A stretch of DNA of 64,000 nt from the NCBI GenBank assembly GCA_020891255.1, contig BQFW01000003.1, positions 1,612,001-1,676,000 on the forward strand, written 5' to 3'. This document shows, piece by piece, positions 14,052-32,830 of this stretch (positions are counted from its first letter, which is position 1; every line of letters starts with the position of its first letter). Both the position numbers and the translations under genes were made by a program. The notes beneath the pieces were generated by a model that was not told where the DNA came from, made no database searches, and saw only the letters and a program-made list of their open reading frames with translations. Source of the stretch: Entomortierella parvispora E1425 (taxonomy: Eukaryota; Fungi; Mortierellomycota).

Positions 14052-15234
14052 TCATCTCTCTGAAGAAGTAACTGTTATTACCTTCAATTGCGACGTAATG
14101 ATCTTCAAGTATCGCGCTCGATGGTAATGAGCCATCTGTCCCTCCCAGCTGCCGTGATCATTGTCGTAAAAGGCGGTTGCGTCAGGACAGTTGCGGACGC
14201 GCATCAGATCCTGCTCGATAGCGGCTGCAGCGTGGATGCCACAAGAACCGAAGTCAGTTTGGCGAATAACAGGTAGTCTCGTGACATTTCTTTCGGCATC
14301 CATCCACTGTTGTGTCTCCTCTGGTATGTTGCAAATGAGCCACTGGACGATCCCGTCAATAGCCGGCGTAGGAATCTCTTGCATCATGGAATCGCCAAAC
14401 TTAATGGCAGGCTCTTGGAGATCAATACGTACAGCCCCCCAATGGCACGCGTCCATACCGGCTATCCCGTAGGCCCTTCTGTAGAGTCTTTGCGCAAGAT
14501 CCTCCTTTTTCCAGGTGATGTCACCACCCCAGTCAGCAAAGGCCATCTCGCACCTCCCATATTGCTCAAGGTGCCAGAGAAAACGGGCGGGAATGAAGAG
14601 GATGTCACATCCTCCATACTCATGCTTGAAATATGAGATGATTGCATCCACGCAAGTCTCTGACAGCCACGACTCCTCAGCGAATTCGAGAATATCCCTG
14701 ACCTTTAAGCGTTGCCCCAAATGATCAAACTGAGTATCAAGAGTGCTTCTGCGTAGGAGATCCGCAAATGATGTTGCAAGCTCGGGATCGAAATGGAAAA
14801 CCGTATCTTGGAGCCATGTAAGCATTCTCCGGATATCGGCAATACGTTTTACGGTATCTATCACCTGAGGCAAATATCTGACCGCTTCAGGTGTCAGAGT
14901 TTTGCCGTCGATGACAAGACGACAGTGGCTTTTGGAGGGCTTTCTCAGCTCCTCTCTTGCATCGGTCAGGTCACCGTTCCCGGGGATAGTGCGAAGAGAG
15001 CTGAGATCGTACTGATTATAGACCTCCCCCTTGCGGCCGAGAAACGACGGAAAAGGCGTCCAAACTGACTGATGGAATACCGTTGACCCTCGCCCAGTCA
15101 AGTAGCTCCTGGCAAGTCTTGTCTTGGACCCAGACGCGCCCCAATTCGATGGGGCAGTCTGCGGGTTGGAAGGTCTCTATGTCTATAGGGACAAGGTTGG
15201 CAGATGAAGTGGAATTGCGGGGAATGTCCAGCAT
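14052..15234 (-). CDS. Ulp1-like (peptidase C48, SUMO/Ubl protease) cargo gene in MULE; +1 frameshift at 15026-15030
   Basis: WLSETCVDA, CHWGAV (His), FGDSM (Asp), RQTDFGSCG (Gln/Cys) catalytic motifs in the order typical of C48. Gene boundaries uncertain because further exons are likely. Confidence 0.85.
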
Positions 15235-15764
15235 ATTGGCAGAAAATGAAGGGAAGAGCAGAAGGTGCGGTGAGAAAGAGGATGTAGCCCAACATATAAA
15301 AGGGATTTAGAAGTCTTCCAAGTCCATAGTGGATGCATCTAGCAGCCACCACTTCACCTTCACGCCCAGTGTCGGAACGCGTTATGAAGGTCCGAAAAAA
15401 ATTTTCACGCATGCATGGTTGCATGGTGTGTCATTAGAGTTTGCGCTTATTTTTCTTTCACGACCCTGTGTTTTCGCCATGTTCCCAAGCTTTGATGTCC
15501 ACGGTTAGAATTCCGAGGATGAAAGAACAACTCCGACTTTCAACTTGAAGGACGTTGGAGCAATCTGCCCAGTTTTATTGGTGCTCTGTCAAAAAAAAAA
15601 AAAAAAAAAAAATCACTCACATGGGTCGCCGGCAAGACCAAATATGGCTGCGTGACAAAAAAACTATGTACAGTACATATTTACTCTGGACTCTTCAATG
15701 CTCCGCACTAACTCAAGTACATGTACACATAAAGAAATTTCTCTTGGACAAAGGAGAGAGAGGT

Positions 15765-16970
15765 CTACTCTGGTCTGCTCAACGAATGATCTTGAGGTTG
15801 CGGTGTCCTCGGAGTAACTGTTGGTAAGGGAAATATAGGTGGCCGTGAGGACGTAGCATGTTCGGCACAACATATAGACTCGTGTGGGCCTTGGCCATCG
15901 TTGAGCCTTTGCATTATCGCCTGTGATAAGAGTTGTAAGTTTAGAAGGATGGCATCGACCTTTCGTGAAATCTCTTGCTGGCTATGTTGCGACATTTGCT
16001 GCCCGTGCTGTACTACATGCAGCGCCTGTAGCATTTGCTGTCCTTGCTGTTTAGTGAGAAGATCGTCCAATCTCTTCTCTAGAGTTATTGTTCGAGACCT
16101 CGATCCATTGGCACCCCGATGCTGTTGTTTCGAGCTATTGCCCGATTCAGATGAAACACTGGAGGGAATATCACGTTCAGTGCCTGGCACCGTCCCCATT
16201 TTTGCTCCTGTCGATGAAGAAGCGACTGCTGGAATTGAAGGTGGTCGCGCCGCAGATATAAGTACTGATATTGGCGTGGGCTGTCGGTTTCGTACCGATG
16301 ATGATGCCGAGGAGACCACTGTTTTCGGATGATCTTGGCTGTCGATATTATCTTGATCAGGTCGTTGAGCCACGTATTCCTCCGGCTCCAAGCCATGCCT
16401 AACATTTCCCACCGCCGTATCGTCCTCAATGCATACTGCTCTTCTTCTCTTTAGTGGAGGGTGGACGATCGTTGTAACCTCTGCAGCATGGGATTGTTGC
16501 TTTTCCTGGTCTGTGAGCTCACGTTTATCCCGCCTGACACTAAGGATAGTGGCCTCAATATCACGGAGTATCCTGCAGTACTTCAAATGACAAGTTTGAA
16601 ACATAGAATCGAATGGTGCCAAAGCTGCCAAGGAGTCAAGCTCGAGAACATCCTGGGAGATTCTTTCCACGGTGGTCGATAAAGCTAGGGCCGTCACTCC
16701 TCTTAAGCTTGGTTCCGCAACCTCGAGCTCCGATGCAAGCCTAGCATACAGCTCACCACTTCCTTGGAGAGTCTCCTTCTGATCACCCTGTGTAGTCCCT
16801 GATAGCTGTCTCACCAGAAACTGGACCGTCAAAAAGATTCGCCGCTGATTTGAGGGGCAGCTCGATTGGATAAGACCTGAGTAGTGATTGCCATTGACAG
16901 AATGCTTGACTGCATGTGCAGCTGTGTACATCAAAAGTAAAATCGAGGTGAGGTTAATGAAACAGGTCAT
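15765..16970 (-). CDS. Hypothetical 401-aa ORF inside MULE (Ser/Gln-rich, coiled-coil-like); may be upstream exons of the Ulp1 gene
   Basis: Long uninterrupted ORF on the same strand and upstream of the Ulp1 ORF. No recognisable domain. Confidence 0.55.
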   Translation of the reverse strand: MTCFINLTSILLLMYTAAHAVKHSVNGNHYSGLIQSSCPSNQRRIFLTVQFLVRQLSGTTQGDQKETLQGSGELYARLASELEVAEPSLRGVTALALSTTVERISQDVLELDSLAALAPFDSMFQTCHLKYCRILRDIEATILSVRRDKRELTDQEKQQSHAAEVTTIVHPPLKRRRAVCIEDDTAVGNVRHGLEPEEYVAQRPDQDNIDSQDHPKTVVSSASSSVRNRQPTPISVLISAARPPSIPAVASSSTGAKMGTVPGTERDIPSSVSSESGNSSKQQHRGANGSRSRTITLEKRLDDLLTKQQGQQMLQALHVVQHGQQMSQHSQQEISRKVDAILLNLQLLSQAIMQRLNDGQGPHESICCAEHATSSRPPIFPLPTVTPRTPQPQDHSLSRPE

Positions 16971-17317
16971 GATTTTAATGGAATGAACACACTATCATTT
17001 ACCTTCACACAGGTGATCGCTGGGGCAATTTGTGGTTCTGATAAGTTTTTCGACGTCTTCTGGGTCCCTGAAAATATGTCGGAAATGCTCGAGACGTTCG
17101 GTGATGTCCTTGTTTGCGTTGATGTTGGACATGGTGCTATGGTGAGGTGCAAATGCGTATCAAACAGGACTATGTGCGGTAATTGTCACGTGAATAACGT
17201 GATCTATACGTATACGTAAAGTGTACTTAAATTATATTTTTTACTTTCCTCACATGTTTTATTTGGGTTTTTTTAGTGCGGTATAATTGCGGGTTATAGT
17301 ATGTTATCACCCGGGTT

Positions 17318-17947
17318 CGATCTTGGGTTTTGCCTTTTTTTTTAAAAAAAGAAAAAAAATCTACACCTAGCGTGTCTACTCGTGGCATATACCCCGGGCA
17401 CAGCATTCTGCCACTCTGCCACTCTGCCAGGGAAGACACGAAGGGTAGTTGTTGTTTTTTTGTCTTACTCGGTCAAAAGTCACCCGTATGCAATATTGAT
17501 GTTCCTATTCTCGATCAGACTGCAAGAGCGACATATAGTTGACCGTTGCCAAAGACTGGCAGAAAAGATAGTCCTAACCCGTGAAGGGGTTATACCCGTC
17601 GTATACGCCCCGGTTTGTGGTGCCAGTAGATCCGGAATCGAGGAAAGAGTGGATCGGCAGCGAAGAAAAGATAAACAGGGTGGAGGAAGAGCAGCAAGGT
17701 AAATCGACGGTCGATTTTTTTTTTTTTTTTTTGTTTCTCACCTGATATTCGCTCTTTCACTCTCACACAAACACACAAACTTCCCAAAGGACACCACAAA
17801 ATGAATAAGGGTAACAGTCAGCTCCCTGGTGATTTTGGTGGGCCTCCGGAGGCTCAGTTGGGGCTTTCAGCCCCTCGCGCGCAGAGTACTTGGGGGACTC
17901 GTCTTGGGTTTTGCCTTTTTTTTTAAAAAAAAAAGAAAAAATCTACA
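17318..17947 (+). repeat. ~50-bp imperfect direct repeat pair inside MULE (17318-17366 and 17901-17947)
   Basis: TCTTGGGTTTTGCC-Tn-An-GAn-TCTACA occurs twice, about 580 bp apart. Confidence 0.8.
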
Positions 17948-18873
17948 TCTTGTTTCCATCTTTATCCTATGATGATATATATACTTCTATTTGCTGAAGG
18001 TATTAATTGATAGCTCGTGCAGTAGCCGCAAGCATTATATCTTCTTATTGTAGAACCAGCTTCAATGATCTGTCTTAATTCATATGTCGCCTAGATTTGT
18101 AATTCACGCATCACGCGTCAATACGCGTCGCCTCTTCTTTTTTTTTTTTTTTTTTTTTTTTTTCCTTCATGGAGACGCCGCCTGTCGTCAACCATTCCTA
18201 CATTAGCAATGAGTTCTGTGTATGAGGCTTTGTCATCCTTACAAAAAAAAAAAAAAAAGATATCCTGGACTATAAGACGCCTGAAAGATATTACTAGTGA
18301 CTTATCTTTTTCATTGTATGATGTACTCTGGACAAAAGAAGGAAATATATGCCTTGTTGTGAATTACAGGCTGGAGGTAAAGTGATAAAGTGAGATATCG
18401 GGTCAGGCTCTAGATCAGGATATACAAGACGCGTGCTGTCACGAACGCAGGCTGACATACGGTAAGCGATTTCCCCATGTATCTCTGCTTAGGGCCATCC
18501 CTAGAGCCAATTGGACCAAGGCCTCAACTCCTAACAAATATCCCTCCACGCCAAGCCATGTTCGCCTATAGCCTAGTCGACCATGGCCGCCCCTATGATC
18601 TTTTTCGTTACCTCAATGCCTCTGGCCAGTCTGCCCTCGAATGTTGCCCTGCCCATATTCAAGTAGTATTACACTTGGCTATTGCTCATTCCGTCGAATC
18701 TCTCTGTCTCATGCTGTATGACGTGTATCATTGTTATGTTCATCGATGGGCGTTGAGACATCTCAGATCAGAACTGAAAGAACAGCAAAACTATCAAATG
18801 ACCAAAAAACGGCAACATGATGAAGAGTTGCCACCAATTTTTATCTTGGAAAAAAATGTCGAATAAAAAGGAT

Positions 18874-19090
18874 GATTTTTTTCACCGGTGGTAAGATGAA
18901 GGGATAATTTAATCGTTGACGGCATGTTGGAATAGGTGCTGAGAAGCATTCTGACGGGATGCGAGAGGGTCAGAGTAGCGCAGTTGACAACTCAGACGGG
19001 GGAAGAGGGCCGTCAAAAGTGGGCTCAGAATAAATTTTGACGTCCCGTCACAGTGATGTTTGACGGGGGGAGGTGGGAATTCGTTCACTC
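18874..19090 (-). repeat. Right terminal inverted repeat of MULE (~217 bp)
   Basis: Reverse complement of 9309-9525. Confidence 0.95.
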
Positions 19091-19487
19091 TTTTTTTTTA
19101 ATGGAGCTTCTGGTATTTCTGTTGGTCTGATCGCTTCTCCTGCCCTCCTTTTGTCTATCGTCTCTGTCCCTCCCCTGAAATCTTTTTTTTTGTTGTCCCC
19201 CATCTTGGTTTTAGCCCTCCTATCTTTCAGTCAGAAGAGGTATTCCCTCATGTATAAAAGGAATTGCACATTGCAACTCCAGCACCGAAACACAACTGAT
19301 CCCTCCTCAAGACTCTTGACTCGCAACAGTGCCAACAACGCTCGCAACGGTCACAATAACTCTTTCTCGAGATCCATCCCCACGAATCTTCGTTACAATC
19401 TGGCACTTCGACGTCCAGTAGACACTGTGCTATCGCAATACCCACTCAAGGACCCCCAACAGGACCACTGTGCACCAAGTATCCAGG

Positions 19488-19799
19488 ATGATATTCACTT
19501 TTTCGAGAGTATGCGCCATCACAGCGCTTGCCTTCCTTGTCGCAGCCGATACCACGGTAACGTGTTGCTCCGCACGGATCGGCAATCAATGCGGAGGTTC
19601 CTGTACGATATATAAGGGCGGCGCTACTTGTATATCGGCCCCAGGAACAGCTTGTTTGTCAAGCACCCGAAATGTGGCCGTCTGTAGCCGCCCTGACTGC
19701 GGCGGGTCCTGTAACCAATATAGCCATGCTGGAGTACTACTCAGTGGTGGATTCGCCTATTTTCCTGGCACCGCTAGTATCTTAGTTGGTGACGCCTAA
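19488..19799 (+). CDS. Small secreted cysteine-rich protein (103 aa)
   Basis: Signal peptide MIFTFSRVCAITALAFLVAA followed by a mature part with 8 Cys. TATAAAA at about 19252. Intronless. Confidence 0.8.
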   Translation: MIFTFSRVCAITALAFLVAADTTVTCCSARIGNQCGGSCTIYKGGATCISAPGTACLSSTRNVAVCSRPDCGGSCNQYSHAGVLLSGGFAYFPGTASILVGDA

Positions 19800-21400
19800 T
19801 ACTTCGGCCATGCTCCGTTTGATGATCTTGGAGTAAAACTTTAAATTGTATCGAAGTCTTGTTAAAGGCAGACCTCGCAAGCACGCTTGGGAGAAAATAG
19901 TAACAAAAAGGGCGTCAGCTCACTTCTTAGATGCTCCAAAAAACATTTTCAGAATTGCCTTTTTCTTGCTCTTTTCCCAATCTCACATGGAGTCCCATCT
20001 GGGGCTTTATATCGCTTACATTTTTGGTCCAACTGAATAACTGAGTGAAGAATAAATCCTGAGGGCCGACATTGACGCATTTCCAATGGAGCAATAGTGG
20101 GCATGGTCAAGCGAATCCTTGAAAATTAATGGCATTGTCGATGACAGTCTATTGTCATACAAAAAGGTTGGTCAGATTTTCAGAGAAGGAAGGAGCGCGC
20201 CAGTCCTTTTCAACTGTGAAGTTCCCATACCGATGGGGAAAGAGAAAAGAGTGGACTCAAGATCCGAAGGGATATTTCAATGAAAGGAATGAATGTCAAT
20301 GGAGCAAACACTACGAACGAGATGGGAGATGAAGAGAGGGATAAGGATGATTGAGATGGAGCAAACAAACACAAAAAGAAACAGCGTCGGCTTTGCCGAG
20401 TGGGCCCCTTTCGATCACCACTCCCTGCCGATTGGTTGCACATGTGGTAGCAGTGGGTCATCAGCAAAGCGATTGACCATATCTTCCGTCTTCTCGTTGT
20501 ATCTCGATCACTCGACTGCTGTCAGTTGAAGGGTCATCCTTGCGAGGGTGCGCAGATTGACCATGACAACACGCGTCAGGAACGCGACCCACCGCGCGCG
20601 CCTCGCCCAGCGTTTGTTGGACCACACGGGCAATCACTGTGGCACGCACACACCATTCATTTAATTCATTGTTTTGTTCATCCCCATCATCCTTCCTCTC
20701 TGGCATCTCTTCATTACTCTACCATTGCCAAATGGCTCCGAATCTCCAAAGGTTCATCTACTGATGACTCACAGTTCAGGTACGGAGAACATGGCTAGCA
20801 GGAACGACGAGATGAGAGAACCATGCAACACGGGCTGATTTCTTGTTCTTTTCTGGCCATGTCTAGGCATTACGTCTCTGTCGGGCATCCCCTCATCCCC
20901 AAGCAGCATGTGCGCATTCTCTATCCACACTGTTGCTTAGCATGGCCAATACGTCCTGCAAAGCAAAGTACCTGGAGTGCTGTCTATGGCGCGAGTCACC
21001 TTTCAACTACTCGCAATTTTACCTGAGACCCCCATTTCAACTAGGGACACAAGCTGGCTGTCGTCGTTAATAATATCTCGACAACACCAACAGTAAGGGA
21101 CAGTCGGCGCAACAGTTTTTTTCTATGGAGAAATGAAGGCACAACTTGCTGGTGCTAACTTGTCCATGAATTTTTTCTAGACAGCCACCCACGGAAGCAG
21201 GATTGCAGTTGAGCTCATCCTGCACCAGGAAGATGAGCGGAACGCCAAGCCTCTATTACTTGAAGAAACTCTCTCCCGTCTTCAGCACTGGGAGCCAGCC
21301 GACAGTGACCAGTAGACGCACGGAAGCAACTACTTTGCCTATCGTGCATGTGCTGAGCATACCGTCATTCCAAGCAGTTGCATCGCTTACTCCACCGACA

Positions 21401-22370
21401 ATGTCCAAAGGAAAGCGACTGACACAGCCAACCAGACCAACAAGTCCCTCAGTTCATCTCGATTCGCATGCCATCAAAGACATTTTTTCTTCTCAGGACA
21501 ATGCTGTGAGGACTGAAGAGGAGATCCCATTGCCAACATATTGCGGATACTTCCCAGCTAGTGGTATGAGGCAGTCCTCCCTCGAGCATCAAAGAGAGTT
21601 CACTTCCAATAACGCCTATAGCGGAAGTCTACAGATCCTGGGTCGACAAGAATGGATCCAGAAAATGAACGATCGCCCACTCAGACCAGAACATGTCCAA
21701 CAGCTGGTTCGACGGATGGTACGAGACTTCAGGAATATGTTTGTTAAGGATCCAGACTCTTTTGGCGATATGATCTTGCGTCTGTCTTGGGCAAGAAGGA
21801 CTGCTAGGCGCTCCGAAGTTTCATGGACGAGTTCTGTAGAGTCTTGGATGGTCGCCCAGCCAGGGTCTCCTCCAATTGGTCCAGGATGCACCAGCAGAAC
21901 CTCTACAGTGAGAAGGCATGCTTCAGATTCCGAGGATCATTCGAGTACACATGGAGAATTCAGCACATGCCAAATTGTCAAGCTTCCGACAGGATCGTCA
22001 ACATCTTGGGTCGACAACAACTTCAAAGATCTCGACTCACGTATTTGACCTGGAGCCATTCCTCTTAAATCACCCACAGACCTAGTCATGAACACGGATC
22101 CGTTCTTTGCAGCATCAGGCACGGAATTCTCCAAAGACCCTGAGATTTGTCCCTGCCAATAAAAGTGCGCAGAGATGTGCCCTTCTCCACGTCCTCAGCA
22201 TGGTTTGTGGACCCTTCAAAAAGTCCAAAGTCATTGTGCTCGACGTGGAGAGTATTCCAAAGGCCATTCCGAACATGATAGAAGGCGGGAGAGGAATCGC
22301 CAAGAGCCACAAGGACGGATATGGGTCTGGAGGCCAGTGGTCGTGGTAAGGTGCAGTTCGATCCACTTTA
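21401..22370 (+). pseudogene. Degenerate hypothetical ORF fragments
   Basis: Coding-like overlapping ORFs 21203-22048, 21823-22068 and 22107-22349 in shifting frames. NDRPLRPEHVQQL motif. Family not established. Confidence 0.35.
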
Positions 22371-22451
22371 AAAAAATTCGTTTATTATCCAATTTCATGG
22401 CCTCCTTCATCGCCCTCTTTGACATCGTCCCAAGTGGAGGCGGTAATGCCT

Positions 22452-24125
22452 TTACTGCAGGAGCAATGGATGGAATCATGGTTAGCCTCAGTGGCAGTTG
22501 AACCAGAACATAAAATGCACTAATGGCCAGACTTACAGCAGCAGCTTTGACACGCTGGGCAGCACGCTTCCCAGTTTGAGCCTGAAAACCAGACTTGATG
22601 GCAGAGACAGATCGCGTCGAACCGCAGTCCTCGCAGCACAAGAAGAGCAAACGGTTTTCCTTGTTTAAAAGAGTGTGTGGCGACTTGCAGGTCTTGCAGG
22701 TCAAATACTCGACAATATAACGACGCAAGACAGCCTCAATCTGCTTCTGCTGGAAGCGACCTTTGATCACTAAACGCTGGGATCCATCGATCGATCCTGA
22801 AGCTCCCAATTCAGCAAACAAGAAGTGGATGACGTGCTCGGGCGGCCGACGCATCCTCTTGCAGATATCGGCAACGTTGGAAAAGATGGTCTTCTTATTA
22901 CCATCCCGCATGACCGAGGGAGGAACGATTGTATAACGCTTCTCACTAACCAACTCGGGATTGCTGTGACGAAGGATCTTGAAGACACGCGACAAGAGCT
23001 AGATCGACGAAATCATAGAGAAAACGTTAGTGCATGCAACAAGTAAAATCTTCTGACGTGATGTCGGCCACATCGGCGGGCAAGAGTTGAATTGATCATG
23101 ACTATTTACCTCTGTGTAGGTGTAATCGTGGTTGATCCAGCCTTCCTGGGTATCCGGGTTAGAACTGGCGACAAAGCACGAGCCGCTCTCATCATCGGCG
23201 GCAGAGACATCATCGGGATTGCGAACACCACCCTCCTCACCCTCCCGCTCCTGACCCTCCTCGAAAGCAGAAAAGTCCACTTTCTTTGACTTTTTCTTTT
23301 TCTTTTTCAAATCACCAAAGTCCAACAACACGCCCTCGGCAGCAGTCTCCTCACCACCCCGAGCCATATCAATATCCCCCTATATTTATTTCAGGAAGTA
23401 GAAAGTAGAGTATTAGTAGCGAGCTTGGGGGTAATAGATCAGATGTAATAGCATGGCCTTCGCAAGCTCCCAAGAGATTGTAATGGGTCCGTGTTCTGTT
23501 CCAAATCTGTGAGCGTACCTCGGTTTTGGACTTTTTCTCCTTCTTTTCGCCAAACATGGCCATAGAGTCTTCCTCAGCAGCATCTAATTGTAAGGAGAAA
23601 GGGGCCTCATTAGTCATTACGACAAATTCTCCTGTATGGCTGCGGCTGCAACATTTTATTTTCTCAGAGACCATCCACTGCGCGTTGTGCAATGACTCCA
23701 ACAGCGATAAAAAAAAAAAAAAAAAAAAAAAAAAAGCAATTTTGTCATTTTTTGGAATTTACCAGTAGCAGGGGCAGCCTTCTGGGCTCCAGCAATCTCC
23801 TCAGTCCCCTTGGACTTTTTCTTCTTCTTCTTCATGCTCCGGTCGAACACGAGCTATGATATAGAAAGATACAGTTGAGTAATATGAAGATGTCAGTGAC
23901 TAAACATAGAGCAATGGGGCAAAGTTGGGTCAAATGAAGTGATGAAGAGAGCACGTTATCGGTCAACATTTTAAAGAAAAAGATTATTGTAAGGCTGTCC
24001 ACTGGATGATTTACAGCAAAAGCCGGGCGTGTGGAGTACAGACAGGTACAATCTATGAGGGAATGGTGCCTTACATCGTCTTCCAGGATCTCCATGGACT
24101 CAGATTTCTCTTTGATTTCAGACAT
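22452..24125 (-). CDS. SUI3: Translation initiation factor eIF2 beta subunit
   Basis: Poly-Lys boxes, [22 protein letters not shown]2-C2 finger CKTC...CEDC. Exons at about 24125-24075, 23853-23763, 23583-23520, 23380-23110, 22998-22537 and 22454-22452 (stop only). Confidence 0.95.
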
Positions 24126-24675
24126 GATGCGGTATGGTGGAGAGGGTAGAATGGATTTTATGGATGCAGTTGGTCTGTGCGTCCTCAATGTCCCAAACGC
24201 AGCCCTTTAAATATGTGAACACACGTGATGGGATGAGTCGGAATGACAACGGAAGCACACAGAGTGACACTCAAGGTCTTTTCTTTCAACCTCCAAGGGT
24301 TACAGACAAGGGGAACCTCCCAAAGCAACCACATCATGGATTGTTTCTTGCTTCCTGTAATCAAGCGCCACCAACTCAAGGGTGAGTCCGTCTGAGGGAA
24401 CGCCACCGATGATGACAACAGGCGTCAGCGACGCGACTTTGCTTTTATTTCTTGATCAAAAAAGAGAAGGGCTGGGTGCAGCAAACAAGGGACAGAAGAG
24501 ACGTGTTTTTTTTTGTGTTTATTCATTCAAGTTTTATACATTGGGTGAGCAGTTGCGTTCTTTGCAATTCGTTTTTTTTTGCTGGTGATTTCTTGTTCTT
24601 GTCTTTCACTTAAGGACCAGAATGAATGTCCTCAGGCAAGAAAGCCTCGAGACTGCATGAGAGATCCTCAACGAT

Positions 24676-31023
<6,348 letters not shown>

Positions 31024-31974
31024 GGTCGATGCAAAGGATGGACTAGGAAAAGTGCCTTAAGTGCTGCGCCTCTAGCGACTTTGCAGCTGTGGGACAATTG
31101 TGCTGCGCTTCCTTCAAGCGACGAGATGAAGCTCCTTCTTAAAGTCGCGCTGTTGGTGGCGTAGACTGATCAGAGGGACAAGGGTATGTCGAGGACAAGG
31201 GGGGAGAAGAGGAGGGTGATGAGGACGATGATGGGGCCGTCGTTGGAAGGATATAATCACAACGAGCAAAGAGAAGAGTTTGTTTTTGTTGACGAGTTCC
31301 GTCTTTCCGTCTTTTTCTCAAGAGTCAGTCGGTCCTCCTCCTAGACGAATCCGGTCGATGATGCAGACAGACAGACGACAAGAAGCGAGCAGATGCAGTG
31401 CACACACAGAGAACAGCCGACGCAGTACACAGAGAAAGAGAGATAAGAGAGAAGAGACAGAGGCAGTGTCGAGAAAGAGAAGAAAAAAAGAAGAGAAAAA
31501 AAAAGCGGAGGAGTCGTCTCCTTTTTATACCTTTTAGGCAACAACAAGTCACCTGATTGTGCAGCAACTGCGATCACAGTGTATACCGTGAGCACATCGT
31601 CCATTTTATCGCACGTGACGTTGACAGGGTGCGGAACCCCTTAATCCGAAGGCTCGACGCGTTGGACGTCTTTCCTCTCTTTCGCACTTGCCCCTCTCTC
31701 AACTTCCAAAAAGGTAACAATGGTGTATCATGTCGGCGCGTCCAGCAATCGGTGGATTTTAGGTGAATGCACTTTTTTTACATTGGTCCTTGTTTTCCAC
31801 TGGAGTATATCCAAGGTTCGCATCTGGCAAGAGATCCTCCGGATGAACTGTGGGTCAAAGGCTTTAGATGATTTTCCTTCTCTAGACTCACTGTTCGTAA
31901 GAAATAATTTTACAGTGAAAGTGAATTGTGAAAAACTAAATTGCTGTTTGTTATTAATAACTTGAGCAATAGTC

Positions 31975-32830
31975 CCTCCATGGAACCCAAGTTGTCTTTT
32001 ATCTTGACATGAACCACATTTAAATGTGGAAGCGTTTATCAAAGAGTCCGACCATGGGGCCAAAAAAATCTGTTCACAATGACATGCTGGAATTGATAAA
32101 ACTACACGGGTATCGCAAATCGCTCGCAAGGCAATGATCGGAGCCATTATCTCTGGCTTATCACTGACCATGGAATATTTTGGCAAAAGCAGAGGAAGAC
32201 CGAGGCAGCCAAGAAGGCGCTCTCCAATGCTCAGACTGCCATCATCGGGATAACCGATAGTCTAGTGCCCAGCACCGTGAATCTAGTAGAAAATGCCGAT
32301 CTGATGGAGGTATGAGATGGGTTTAACATTTATTTTTTTTAATAGAAGAGACTATTCACTGATGAATTCTGCTCTATCCTTGATACTTAGGCAGCATCTG
32401 CTTCTGATGCCCTACCAGAGCCCACAACAACATCACAAGCACCCTTGTTGCAGCCCACCTCGTTGTCAAAACCCACAATTGTGGAAGATCCAAGGAGTGT
32501 GATGATCTTGGAAGAAGTAGGCACATTCGTCATTCACACATGCAAAGAAATGGTGCCGGCCCTCGTAGCGACGCTGCCTACACTCAATTTAATGAAGGTA
32601 TGCTATTTGGTAAAACAGGGGGCCCGTAAAATAGAAAACGCTGGAAGATGATCATGAGTCTTAATCTTTTCATACCATTTTCAATTAGGAGCATGTAATG
32701 AAAGTGAGAAACGACGAAAAGGTTAATCCACTGAAACGATCATGGGGACACCGGGACGACAAGATTCAGAAGAAACGTTTGCTGTAGGAATGGCAAGGAT
32801 GTTGGCCGCCCACGCTATCGCCCTTTTGAA
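31975..32830 (+). pseudogene. Degenerate hypothetical gene X (spacer), paralog of 33700-34190
   Basis: Reads ...F(N)VEAFIK...SVHNDMLELIK...YLWLITDHG...NAQTAII... with stops and frameshifts. GT-AG intron-like segments. Confidence 0.55.

Larger units (their letters stand above)
9309..19090. mobile_element. Mutator-like DNA transposon (MULE), ~9.8 kb, with long TIRs and Ulp1 cargo
   Basis: Inverted repeats at 9309-9525 and 18874-19090 start GAGTGAACG. Flanked by 9-bp T9 direct repeats (9300-9308, 19091-19099). Internal MULE transposase. Confidence 0.95.
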
